From contig CAZDLQ010000001.1 of the NCBI GenBank assembly GCA_964506315.1, positions 1-28,827 on the forward strand: DNA of 28,827 nt, read 5' to 3'. Position 1 is the stretch's first letter, and each line of letters starts with the position of its first letter. A program made the translations under genes and the position numbers. The notes under the pieces were generated by a model. That model had not been told where the DNA came from. It was given only the letters and a program-made list of their open reading frames with translations, and searched no databases. Positions 9,298 to 18,260 of this stretch are shown here, one piece after another. Origin of the DNA: an uncultured Oscillospiraceae bacterium (GTDB lineage Bacteria > Bacillota > Clostridia > Oscillospirales > Ruminococcaceae).

Positions 9298-9505
9298 TCT
9301 CTTCCCCGCCTTCTTTTTTAGACAGCGAGGAAATAAGCTTTAAGGACTCTAAAACCGAAAGTATTCTTTCGACCTTACTTGAAAGCTCCGAAAGACTTTG
9401 CGGCTCTTTTGTAGGCAAGGGAAAATCCGAACCAAGAGAGCGCATTTCATCCTCGCTCATCTCAACTCTACCCTTGCCGCTTACAAATTTATATGCCTTA
9501 CTCAT
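9284..9505 (-). CDS. Small phage protein (possible fibre chaperone)
   Basis: 73 aa, overlaps both neighbours, RBS GAGGAGG; function inferred from position only. Confidence 0.6.
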   Translation of the reverse strand: MSKAYKFVSGKGRVEMSEDEMRSLGSDFPLPTKEPQSLSELSSKVERILSVLESLKLISSLSKKEGGEENGNS

Positions 9506-10826
9506 TTGCTCCCTCCTCAGTTTCCGGGGAGTTTATTCCCCACATTTCAATAAGAGTGCCTGCAGGGAACTCGGCGCCTACCGAGCTGTGCTGAAGCAGT
9601 TTTACCGCCTTTGCTCTCTTGCCGTCGGTCACGCGCGAGGCCGAGCAAAGTGTTCCGCCCACCGACACCGAGTCGGCATTTTGGAACCACGCGCCTGCCT
9701 TTGAATACTTCAGCGTCCATCTTCCCTTGTTCTCCGCCTCTACTCTTAAATATGTGTCCGCGCTGCTGCTGATGCCTGCAAACTGCGCTATTCTCGAATA
9801 ACCGCTCTCATCACACTTTATGTCGAGTCTTAGGTAGCTGTTTTGCGCATCGGACATTGCGGGAATGTGTATAAAAAAGCAAAACTCTCTTAAATTTAGC
9901 GGCTGACCGTCCATATCCTCTACTATTTCAAATGCACTGTAGCCGGTGTCCTCCTCGGTTAGCGTTTTGCTGAAAATCAAGCGATAATTTTCTTCAAGAC
10001 GCTGATTTAGAAGGTTTTCCTGCGCATCCTCTACCAAATCGGCACACTCGTTGAGTATCGCTGTGCACTCATCCGCAGTTATGCTTGCCATAGCGGCGGC
10101 GTCCATAGCATCCTTTTCGCTTTCGGCGGCAGCCGTCGCGTGCTCCTCAGCATTTTTGCATGAGAGCTCAACCGCCGCTTTGCTGTCCTGCGCCGAAATT
10201 GCCGCCGCCTCGGTTGCACTGCGAAGCGTTTCGGCGTATTCGATATTCTCGGAAACCGAGCCGTACATCATACTGACCGCAGTTCTTGCACTTTCACATT
10301 CCTCGTAAAACTCCTCGGTTTTTTCAACGTTTTGAATGGTACGCGCGATGGCCGAAAGCAGTATGTTTTTTGTAACGTAATCATACGCGATTGTGTTGTC
10401 AATGCTTCCGTCAACCACGAAGGTTTCCCTGTAGGTTTGCCAAACAGGCGCGCTGACACCGGGAACCATCGCCGGAACAATCAGGTCGTCATCGGAAAGC
10501 GACTCTAAGTCCTCGGGATAAAAATAATCGGGCGAAGCCAAAACTATTTGCGCCGAAAATTCACCCTCGTACTTAAGATTTATGCCCGAAAGCAGCCAGG
10601 TTAGCACTATCCTGTCACCTATAATTTCTTTTTTTATGCGTTGGTCGTAGGCTTCCTCGCCGTTTGAAGGCAAAATTTTCACCCACGCCACAAAGGTGGA
10701 CAAGTCAAAGCCGTCCTGCACCCTGTCCAAAACAAACTTTCGCTCGGCGGTGTCTACGTCGCCCTGCGCGCCGATAATTCTATCCTCGGGGAAAAGTATC
10801 ATTCGCTTGTTTTTTATCTCAATCAT
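9498..10826 (-). CDS. Putative tail fibre/receptor-binding protein (BppU-like N-terminus, helical stalk, beta-rich tip)
   Basis: N-terminal GAQGDVDTAERKFVLDR...DLS...LTWLL BppU-like pattern, Ala-rich coiled-coil middle, C-terminal FPAGTLIEMWG; RBS AGGAGG. Confidence 0.65.
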   Translation of the reverse strand: MIEIKNKRMILFPEDRIIGAQGDVDTAERKFVLDRVQDGFDLSTFVAWVKILPSNGEEAYDQRIKKEIIGDRIVLTWLLSGINLKYEGEFSAQIVLASPDYFYPEDLESLSDDDLIVPAMVPGVSAPVWQTYRETFVVDGSIDNTIAYDYVTKNILLSAIARTIQNVEKTEEFYEECESARTAVSMMYGSVSENIEYAETLRSATEAAAISAQDSKAAVELSCKNAEEHATAAAESEKDAMDAAAMASITADECTAILNECADLVEDAQENLLNQRLEENYRLIFSKTLTEEDTGYSAFEIVEDMDGQPLNLREFCFFIHIPAMSDAQNSYLRLDIKCDESGYSRIAQFAGISSSADTYLRVEAENKGRWTLKYSKAGAWFQNADSVSVGGTLCSASRVTDGKRAKAVKLLQHSSVGAEFPAGTLIEMWGINSPETEEGANE

Positions 10827-10856
10827 TTTTCCTCCTTTCCTCTGCCTTGCAGAAGT

Positions 10857-11009
10857 TTAGTTTTCAAGATTTTCTATTTTTTCCTCTAACCTACTTAAAA
10901 TATAGGTGAGGTCTTTTCTCATTAGCTCTATTCTTGAAATAACGTCCTCAATGTTGCCGCTGCTTACAGGTGGCGGTGTGGTGAACTTAACTATACTCGG
11001 CTTTTTCAC
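10857..11009 (-). CDS. 50-aa small phage protein missing from the ORF track
   Basis: GTG start overlapping the upstream TGA (GTGA), RBS GGAGG; MKKPSIVKFTTPPPVSSGNIEDVISRIELMRKDLTYILSRLEEKIENLEN*; fills the gap in the operon. Confidence 0.7.
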   Translation of the reverse strand: MKKPSIVKFTTPPPVSSGNIEDVISRIELMRKDLTYILSRLEEKIENLEN

Positions 11010-12403
11010 TGTACCTTACCTCCCGAAACGTAGCTTTGGCTTATGTAGTGAATTTTGGATTCGCCCTTGCCCTTTATTTTAAGCACAAGCTTTTGGTAGT
11101 GCCTGTCGCCGAGCGAAACGCCAATTTCCCTACAGCCGCGGAAAATTTCTCTATTGACAAGCTCAAAGTCACCGTCGTCAAGGCTTATGTAAAGCTCAAG
11201 CTCACTGCTCCTTTTTTGCTCGACAAAAACGCCGAGCCTTACCGCTCTTTTAAGGGTGGTCGTGTTTGCGTAAATGGGTGCGGTCACAACCTCCCACGCA
11301 AACTGCGCGCCGTCGTTAGCCGCATCGGTCGGGGTGTATTCACAGTCAGCCTCGTAAATGCAGTCCTCGGTCACAAGATAGGTCTTACCGAATTTTCCGA
11401 CTATGTCAACCGCCGCAATATCGTCCTCCTGCGCCCAGGTTTCACGCTCTACGTCGTAGGTATAAAGCCTTCTGCCGCCCTCGGTTAAATACGAAGCGTA
11501 AATTACGCCTGCCGCACCGCCGAGAGTAGACTCAAAGCCATTTTCACTCACGATGGGCTGAGCGGTAATTTCGCGCGAAATCCTTGTCGGCGTCGAGCCG
11601 TTGTAGGAGTATATTCCCTCGCGTGAAATGAAATAAAGCTTGCCGTCACACTGGCAAACGCTGTGCCTGTTCACACAGCCAACGTCGGCAATTTTCACCA
11701 CCTCAAAGTTGAGCGGACTGTCGCCGTAAAGCTCGTACATCTCGTCCTCGGTGAAGAAAATCGCGCGGTTTTTGTAGGTGGTGCAGGCGGTGAAATAGGT
11801 TTGCACAGCAAGATTTTTAAGGTAAGCGCGCAGGCTCAAATCCTCCGTTTCTTTGTCGTGGTCCCAATCGTATACGTTATTATAGGCACTGGCGCGGATT
11901 TGATTTAATCTACAGCCCACAAGCCTTCCTGCGTATGTCGTAACGTCGGTGAAATCGGGTGCTTCACTTTTAAGCGGCTGGTCAACCGCGCCAAGCGTCG
12001 AGGAAAGAAGACTTGTGCCGTCTTCATAGTTAATTAGGTTGAATACGCATATAAGCCTGTTAAAACGGTGTAAAAGCGAGCTTGGCAAATCGCCGTCCTT
12101 CGAGGTTAAAATCAGTTTAAGCTCGGAAAAATTATCGCCGCAATAAACCTGCGTTACGTCGCCGACGTTTGTCAAAACGTAGGCCTTGTCAAAAAAATAC
12201 GCCGCGACAATCTTTTCGCCCTGGTTCATGGTTAATATTTTTCTTCTTCCAAATCGTGTGCTAAGGCAAGGAAGAGCCATACTCGACATATTTTTTTGTG
12301 ATTTAAGACTTCCGTCCTTTGCGCCGTTTCTTGTGTCAAGTCCGCTAAACTGCGAAACGGTAGCGTCTTTTACGTGCGCGCTGAGTTTTGGAAATGCATA
12401 CAT
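11006..12403 (-). CDS. Putative tail nozzle/DNA stabilisation protein (P22 gp10-like beta-propeller)
   Basis: 465 aa, beta-rich, with FSGLD, VGCVNRHSV..GKLYFISREGIYSYNG and YTYDVERETW patterns; start ATG 12403 after AAGGAGG; follows the adaptor. Confidence 0.6.
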   Translation of the reverse strand: MYAFPKLSAHVKDATVSQFSGLDTRNGAKDGSLKSQKNMSSMALPCLSTRFGRRKILTMNQGEKIVAAYFFDKAYVLTNVGDVTQVYCGDNFSELKLILTSKDGDLPSSLLHRFNRLICVFNLINYEDGTSLLSSTLGAVDQPLKSEAPDFTDVTTYAGRLVGCRLNQIRASAYNNVYDWDHDKETEDLSLRAYLKNLAVQTYFTACTTYKNRAIFFTEDEMYELYGDSPLNFEVVKIADVGCVNRHSVCQCDGKLYFISREGIYSYNGSTPTRISREITAQPIVSENGFESTLGGAAGVIYASYLTEGGRRLYTYDVERETWAQEDDIAAVDIVGKFGKTYLVTEDCIYEADCEYTPTDAANDGAQFAWEVVTAPIYANTTTLKRAVRLGVFVEQKRSSELELYISLDDGDFELVNREIFRGCREIGVSLGDRHYQKLVLKIKGKGESKIHYISQSYVSGGKVQ

Positions 12404-12414
12404 AAGCTTCCTCC

Positions 12415-12759
12415 TTACCAAATGTTTTTATAAGCTATTTTCCTGTTTTGTTTTTCCGAAAAAAGATTATTGAGAGCGGCACTATAAAGCGCGCTTAAAT
12501 TGTTAAGCCGCGATATATCGCCCTGCAAAATTGCTTCCTTGGAAAGAATGTGATAAATATAAACCTCAACGTACTCGTCGCTAAGCGAAAGCGCGGCTGT
12601 GCTCAGGTTTTCATAGGTGAAAACTTGCGCCGACTTGATAACGCCGTGCCCTTCGAGCTTGCTTTCGAGTGTGTTGATTAGGAAAATTACCTTTTCGTCC
12701 TTAAGCGAGAGCGAAAAATCCTCTCGCATAGTATTTATAAGCTGTTTGGGGGTGAGCAT
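12415..12759 (-). CDS. Putative head-tail adaptor/completion protein
   Basis: 114 aa, helical; YVEVYIYHIL...RLNNLSALY pattern; position after the capsid. Confidence 0.55.
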   Translation of the reverse strand: MLTPKQLINTMREDFSLSLKDEKVIFLINTLESKLEGHGVIKSAQVFTYENLSTAALSLSDEYVEVYIYHILSKEAILQGDISRLNNLSALYSAALNNLFSEKQNRKIAYKNIW

Positions 12760-12778
12760 TTATCTTCCCTCCTTTTTA

Positions 12779-13003
12779 TTAGCCGTTGTGCATGGTGTCG
12801 ATATATTTTTGCGCTTCCCTCTCCTGTCTTACGCTGTCCTCATACGCAAGCTTTACGCTTGTCGGAACGCTAACCTCAACACCTCTTTTGATGATATATG
12901 TTTTTCCGTTTACGATAACAGTCACGTCGTCAACGTATTTGTAGCCGTCATAAAAAAGCTTTATGGTTTCCTTTTGTTCGGTTTTGCTTTTAGCCTTTGC
13001 CAT
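12779..13003 (-). CDS. Small phage protein downstream of capsid
   Basis: 74 aa; VIVNGKTYIIKRGVEVSVP motif of the kind seen after N4-gp56 capsids; RBS AGAGGA. Confidence 0.7.
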   Translation of the reverse strand: MAKAKSKTEQKETIKLFYDGYKYVDDVTVIVNGKTYIIKRGVEVSVPTSVKLAYEDSVRQEREAQKYIDTMHNG

Positions 13004-13026
13004 TTAAGAATCCTCCTCTTTTTTAT

Positions 13027-13051
13027 AAAGGTGCGGCAGGGCCGCACCTTT
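13027..13051. terminator. Hairpin immediately after the capsid gene
   Basis: AAAGGTGCGGC-agg-GCCGCACCTTT; weak U-tail on the operon (-) strand, T7 tail on +. Confidence 0.6.
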
Positions 13052-13059
13052 TTTTAAAA

Positions 13060-14241
13060 TTAGTCAGCGAGTGTGCTGGCGGTTTCTACACGAACCATAA
13101 AGGGCTGTGAAAGAATAGCAGCAGTTTTAACTGCCTTCCAGCCAACAGTTGCTCTTTGGTCAAGGGGGTCACCCGAGCCTGCCGAGCCGAGCTGCTTGAT
13201 GATGGTCTTAAGACCGCCGCCCTCAACCTCGGTAATGCCGTAAGCATCAGCGCCGAAGAAGAGTGTGGAGTAAACGTCCATACCATCTTTGCCTGCCTCA
13301 CCGGGATAGATAACTGTGCCGCTATCAAAAGAAGCAAAATTCTCCTCAAGGGTGATGCTGTTTGTGGTAGCCGATGCTACTGTGTATCTATGACCGTTAA
13401 TGAGCACGTATCTACCAACGATATTGTTAGTATCCGTATAGGAAAGCTCCTCGTTAACGGTAATTTTTTTACCCGAAGTAGCGTTTACGGTAAGGTTTCT
13501 GTTCATCTCGGTAAGGTCCTTACCCTTAAAGACCTTAGCCTCGGTGGTTTCGATGAAACGGCAACCGAAAATCTTTCCGATTTCGCCCTCGTACCAATCC
13601 TTAGGATTGTACTCCTTAACGCTTTGCCACTCGGGGTCGTTCATAAGGTCGTAAGCAACGTTTGAGTGAATGATAGCAACGTAGTCGCCGTTTATCTTCT
13701 TTGCAAGACCTTTCTTTAAGGTGCTGACTGCCTTCTTAACAGCGGCAACGGTCATAACGTGACTCTCGTCGAGCTCGCATCTTGCATCGACCTCACCTGC
13801 GGCGTATTGCACGTTAGAACCTGCGTTGATAACCTCACGGGTTACGGTGTCAAGGGTTCTACCTGCTTGGTCGCCCAAGATAACGGTTGCTTCAAGAATG
13901 TTGTTGTCGATAGCTGTAAGGTCGAGCATATCGGAAACGGTAACGTAGTCACCGTACTGATTAACGGTTGCCGAAAGCTTTGACCAGTCAAGACTTTTGC
14001 CGTCGGGGGTTATTCCCTCAACAAGAGGCTTGTCAGCCTTGGGGAAGGGATTTAAGCGGCGAAACTCGATGGTCTTACCGCCGTTTTTGGGGATGGAACG
14101 CTTTTGTCCGAACATATCGTGGACTAAAAGCGGCTCAGCGTTGCGAATAAGCTCGGTGTCGTAGTAGGTTTTCATCTCGACGCTGCTAATTTCACAGCCT
14201 TCGCCTGTTTGTGTGGTTACGTTTGTGTTTAAATCGTTCAT
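13060..14241 (-). CDS. Major capsid protein, N4-gp56 family
   Basis: EMKTYYD..L...EPLLVHDMFGQKRSIPKNGGKTIEFR, QYGDYV, GEIG..GCRFIET and GSGDPLDQRATVGWKA; 393 aa. Confidence 0.9.
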   Translation of the reverse strand: MNDLNTNVTTQTGEGCEISSVEMKTYYDTELIRNAEPLLVHDMFGQKRSIPKNGGKTIEFRRLNPFPKADKPLVEGITPDGKSLDWSKLSATVNQYGDYVTVSDMLDLTAIDNNILEATVILGDQAGRTLDTVTREVINAGSNVQYAAGEVDARCELDESHVMTVAAVKKAVSTLKKGLAKKINGDYVAIIHSNVAYDLMNDPEWQSVKEYNPKDWYEGEIGKIFGCRFIETTEAKVFKGKDLTEMNRNLTVNATSGKKITVNEELSYTDTNNIVGRYVLINGHRYTVASATTNSITLEENFASFDSGTVIYPGEAGKDGMDVYSTLFFGADAYGITEVEGGGLKTIIKQLGSAGSGDPLDQRATVGWKAVKTAAILSQPFMVRVETASTLAD

Positions 14242-14263
14242 TAAAATTCTTCCTTTCTTAAGC

Positions 14264-14938
14264 TTAGAAGGTTATTCGCTCTCCACGCCTAACCCTCTCT
14301 CTAATGTCTTTTCGTTGTGCATCACTTAAATTTTGTGGGTCAAGTGCCGCCGAAAAACTGCCGTATCCGGAAACGGCGTCCTCCTGTGGCCACATTCCCT
14401 TTAAACGAATTTCCCTCAGTAGCGCGTCCTTAGCCCTCTCCTGCGCGTCGCTTATCACAAGCGCAAGATTTAAGGTGTCATAGGCCTCTTTTACCGAAAA
14501 TCCGTTTTTGATAAGAGCGTTAAATCTCTCATCGGCGAGCAGGCTCTCGCACTGCTCGGGGCTGTATAGCTTGCCGTTTTGCTCGGCAAGGCTTGAAAGC
14601 TCACTTTTAAGGCTTTCGGCGGACATAGAGAGACTTTCCCCGTCCGTGTTTTGTTTTAGCGCGTTTTCAAGCTCTTCAAGGTCGGAGACTCCAAACCGAC
14701 CGCAAGCGAGCTCTACAAGCGGCTTTAAGCGCATAAGCTCGTCGCTTTGCTCTCGCTGCTTTGCAAGCCGCTTGCCAAGTGCTCTGTCAAGGCAGGCCTG
14801 AAACTCCTCCTGTGTTTTGAAAACACGAAAATTTTCCGCCTCGTCGGAAACGGTTTCGGGCGTCCCCAAATCCTCGTTTCCCGACACCTCAACTGTGTCG
14901 ATAGGCTCTATATTTAAATTCTCATTTTCAGGTAACAT
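14264..14938 (-). CDS. Putative capsid scaffolding protein
   Basis: Acidic N-terminus, coiled coil, C-terminal ...IRERVRRGERITF; lies between portal and capsid. Confidence 0.7.
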   Translation of the reverse strand: MLPENENLNIEPIDTVEVSGNEDLGTPETVSDEAENFRVFKTQEEFQACLDRALGKRLAKQREQSDELMRLKPLVELACGRFGVSDLEELENALKQNTDGESLSMSAESLKSELSSLAEQNGKLYSPEQCESLLADERFNALIKNGFSVKEAYDTLNLALVISDAQERAKDALLREIRLKGMWPQEDAVSGYGSFSAALDPQNLSDAQRKDIRERVRRGERITF

Positions 14939-14950
14939 ATATCTTCTCCT

Positions 14951-16552
14951 TTATTTTAAGCTTTGGAGAATGCTTTGCTTTGTGTCGAGCATCATCGCAT
15001 TTATTGCGGCTCGCGCGGCATCTCTTTTTTCCTCATCAAAAGCACCTGCTTTGAACAGGTCTAAAATAAGCTCGTTGTGAGAAAGAGAGTCAACGGCATT
15101 CTTTTTTTGCGCTGTAATTTCAATGTCGAAAATCGACGCGGTAAACGGCTGACTCCTGTCGCCACCGAACGCAAGGTACGAAACCTCGCTGTTTTCGCCC
15201 ACAATTCTAAAACTGCGCTTGTCGGTGTAAAACTGCGAAATCAGCTCGACTATCATATAAACCACCTCGGAAAAACTCCTGTAGGAAGAATCTATGCAGT
15301 CGCGCGAAAGCCTGTTTCCTGCCTTTTGCAAGGCCGAAATTGCCGCATAAGCGGTAACGCCCTTGGCGGTTTCGCCCTGCGAAAAGTCGCGGTTACCAAT
15401 AAGCTCTTTAAGCTCCTCTATCTTCTCATCGCGGCAGTCGATAATGCTTTGAGGAAGCGGATTTGCCTGGATAGGTCTTACAAAACTGTCGTCAACGTTT
15501 CTGTCGCACTCGATAAAATCTACAGACAGGTCGGAAAGCTTTTCGGGGTCAATGCCGCCGTCACGCTTTACCAAAAAGCGCTGTCTTGACGCGATGAGCG
15601 CGTTGCGCTCGATTAAATATTCAAGCTTGTTAACCTGTGCCTGCGCGTTTTTGCCGATGTCCACAAGTCCCATACCAAACGGCGAGCCTTCAATGGGCAC
15701 CATAGTATCCACAACAAAGGGATACATTCCGTGAGCGTAAATTCCCGTTTCCGCAAAAAGCGGGTCGGTCTTGCTTGAATAAACCGCACTCTCGCCAATC
15801 AGCTTGGTTAGGTGAACAGCGGTTTTGCCGTTTGGCAGTTTAACCTTTTCGTAGCAATCGACAATCATCACCTTGCCGCTTAAATCTTCAGTACCGAAGT
15901 AGCCTTTAAGCGTCATATTGTGTCCGTTTCTCTTTACGTCGGCGTTTGGATAACGTCTTTTTGCCTCGGCAGTAGAGCAAAGCGAAAGCAGGAAAACGTA
16001 TCGGCTATCTTGAATGCTCGAAATATAAGGCTCGCAGTAAAATCTAAGTAGGTCGATTTTCTTAACCGAAATGTCGCCGAGCCCGTTTTCAAGGTTCTTG
16101 TCCCAAAAGACACCATAAACACCGCTGCCCTGCTTTAATTTGTACCACCAAATGTCCGAATAAACGTTTTTAAAGCCGTTCTTTTCAAGCACCAAGGGAA
16201 CGATTTTTGAAAGCGTTTCGGCGGTTTTCCTGTCGCCCTTTTCACGCTCCAAAAAAACGGGCTGCGGATAGTTTTCCATCGCCTCAGCGTGCTTGTGCCA
16301 AATGCCGTTTAAAAGATAGGTGCCTGCAGGACGAAAATCGGTATCGTTTTTTCCGCTTCGGCTAATGTACTGCCAAGCGTTGCCCTTAAACCAGTTTTCG
16401 TTTTCGATAAGCTTCCTGTCAAAGCTCTCTTTGGCTCTCTTGTAGTCAGCGAGCGCCGAGAGCATCGACGAAATTTCCTCTTTTGAAAGAGGTGATTTTT
16501 GCTTTTCCGAAATGGTAAGCTCGTGTCCAAATAAATTTACAGTTTTTTCCAT
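14951..16552 (-). CDS. Portal protein (podovirus/P22-like)
   Basis: 533 aa from ATG 16552 (RBS AAGGAGG); follows TerL; YAHGMYPFVVD, GNRDFSQG...GVTAYAAISALQ. Confidence 0.8.
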   Translation of the reverse strand: MEKTVNLFGHELTISEKQKSPLSKEEISSMLSALADYKRAKESFDRKLIENENWFKGNAWQYISRSGKNDTDFRPAGTYLLNGIWHKHAEAMENYPQPVFLEREKGDRKTAETLSKIVPLVLEKNGFKNVYSDIWWYKLKQGSGVYGVFWDKNLENGLGDISVKKIDLLRFYCEPYISSIQDSRYVFLLSLCSTAEAKRRYPNADVKRNGHNMTLKGYFGTEDLSGKVMIVDCYEKVKLPNGKTAVHLTKLIGESAVYSSKTDPLFAETGIYAHGMYPFVVDTMVPIEGSPFGMGLVDIGKNAQAQVNKLEYLIERNALIASRQRFLVKRDGGIDPEKLSDLSVDFIECDRNVDDSFVRPIQANPLPQSIIDCRDEKIEELKELIGNRDFSQGETAKGVTAYAAISALQKAGNRLSRDCIDSSYRSFSEVVYMIVELISQFYTDKRSFRIVGENSEVSYLAFGGDRSQPFTASIFDIEITAQKKNAVDSLSHNELILDLFKAGAFDEEKRDAARAAINAMMLDTKQSILQSLK

Positions 16553-16562
16553 AATATCCTCC

Positions 16563-18011
16563 TTAATATGCATACGGATTTTTAACTTTAGGCCGCTCAA
16601 AAAGGTCGAGCGGATCAAACGACGGCACAGTCCTTTCCGCCGCCGATTTTCGCTCTACGATAGGCCTGAACATACACATATATCTCGTTTCATCGTATAT
16701 GTGGTCCTCGCCCTGCGTATTGATATCCTCAACACACATACTGTCGTAGGTAAGCGCGGGTATGGTCCTTATAAAGTCGCGGCAGTTTGTGAAAACATAC
16801 ATCATCGGGATACCGCGCTCGTCAAAATTAAGCCTGTGATGCAGCTGCATCTTGCCCGCAATTCTCTCGTTATCTCCTCCCTCAAAATAAATTCCCTGCC
16901 TCTCGAAAATTGAGGAAATGCAACCGTCACTGCCGCGGCTTTGATCAAAAATCGAGGGGTCGGCAATGCCGATAATTCGCCTGCCCTTTTCGTAACGCTC
17001 CTCGTATTTTTTAATAAGTGCCGCCACCTCGTTTGGTGGCAGCTTCATACCCTTGTTGGGACTTATTGTAAGTCCCGTTACAGCGTCCTTGGCACTGCCG
17101 TAAATCTCGGCATACCTGTAAAGCCGCCCGTCGCCGTCCTGCGCCCAGTACCCAACCGAAAACGGCCTGCTGTAGCCCCAGTCAAGACTCCTGTACCTTT
17201 GCCAGTCGTCAGGAATAACAAACGGCTCTATAACGTGGGTAAAAAGCCTGTCCTTGTAGTGCGCGCTGTCGTTTACAAACTCGGTAAAAACCTGCCCGTC
17301 AAACACATTCCAGTCACCGAGCAGTAGCGCCTTTCTCAAGGCAGGCGGCTTTTGCTCAAGCTCGATTATGTAGTCGCTTGTAAGGTGTGGATTGTCGGTT
17401 GCGTAGGCGGGGATATACTGCCGCGTAACGTACCTCTCCTCACCGAGCAACTGTGACCGCACGCGAATTTTGTGCACCTCAAACGGCGTCTTGCCGTCTA
17501 TAAAACTTGCCTTTACCCAGCCGTGTCCTATAGAGCCGGGATTGGTGGTAAGTCTTATCTTGGGCTTAATGCCAAGCCGTTTCGGCGTTCTCAGCCTCGT
17601 CTTTAGGTAATCGTAAATTTCCTGCGGAAAGTGCGTCAGCTCGTCGATATAAAGCCTGTGCATCTCACAGCCTTGGTACTTTATGGCGTCCTGCATATTG
17701 CGGCAAAACCTAAAATGCAGTGTTGAGCCGTTTTTGAATTTCATATCGTGAGTGGTTTTGCTGTAGCTGTAAAGCTCCTTTGGAGTACAGCGTATCGCCT
17801 CGGCAACAAGCGTAGCTTCGAGCTCGGGATAGGTGCGCCTAAAAAGATAGCTGTCTATCCCTGCGTGCTCAAGCGCGTCAAGCACCGCTTCCATAACTAT
17901 CGCGCGGCTTTTTCCGCCGCCTGCCGCGCCGCCGTACAGTACCTCGTCAGCCGAGGATGCGTGAAAAAGCTTTTGCTTTTCGGTCGGGGTGTAATCAAGA
18001 TTAAACCTCAC
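16563..18011 (-). CDS. Terminase large subunit
   Basis: Walker A YGGAAGGGKS, Walker B LYIDE, coupling motif TTNP, nuclease acidic residues SLDWG, ADPS and EDHIYDETRY all present. Confidence 0.93.
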   Translation of the reverse strand: MRFNLDYTPTEKQKLFHASSADEVLYGGAAGGGKSRAIVMEAVLDALEHAGIDSYLFRRTYPELEATLVAEAIRCTPKELYSYSKTTHDMKFKNGSTLHFRFCRNMQDAIKYQGCEMHRLYIDELTHFPQEIYDYLKTRLRTPKRLGIKPKIRLTTNPGSIGHGWVKASFIDGKTPFEVHKIRVRSQLLGEERYVTRQYIPAYATDNPHLTSDYIIELEQKPPALRKALLLGDWNVFDGQVFTEFVNDSAHYKDRLFTHVIEPFVIPDDWQRYRSLDWGYSRPFSVGYWAQDGDGRLYRYAEIYGSAKDAVTGLTISPNKGMKLPPNEVAALIKKYEERYEKGRRIIGIADPSIFDQSRGSDGCISSIFERQGIYFEGGDNERIAGKMQLHHRLNFDERGIPMMYVFTNCRDFIRTIPALTYDSMCVEDINTQGEDHIYDETRYMCMFRPIVERKSAAERTVPSFDPLDLFERPKVKNPYAY

Positions 18012-18246
18012 TGCTATCTACCTCGGCTCTCGGTATTTGGTGCGTGATAATCATCGTGTTATCATCACTTTGACGCTCGTCACGCCCGAACTTGTCCACA
18101 AGCGTCGCAAGCGCCGACGCTATGTGATTTACAGGTGCACTCTCAAGTCGCTCGGGCCGCGCGAGCTCCTTCATATAAAGCCGAATGAGCTTTTGCGCGC
18201 GTTTGCGGCTTTTGGCTTCAAAGTCGTCTTTCTCATTTTTCTTCAT
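18001..18246 (-). CDS. Putative terminase small subunit (short, no evident HTH)
   Basis: 81 aa from ATG 18246 (RBS GGTGAGG); overlaps the TerL start; helical core IASALATLVDKF and a C-terminal beta strand (MIITHQIPR). Confidence 0.6.
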   Translation of the reverse strand: MKKNEKDDFEAKSRKRAQKLIRLYMKELARPERLESAPVNHIASALATLVDKFGRDERQSDDNTMIITHQIPRAEVDSSEV

Positions 18247-18260
18247 ATACCTCACCGCCT

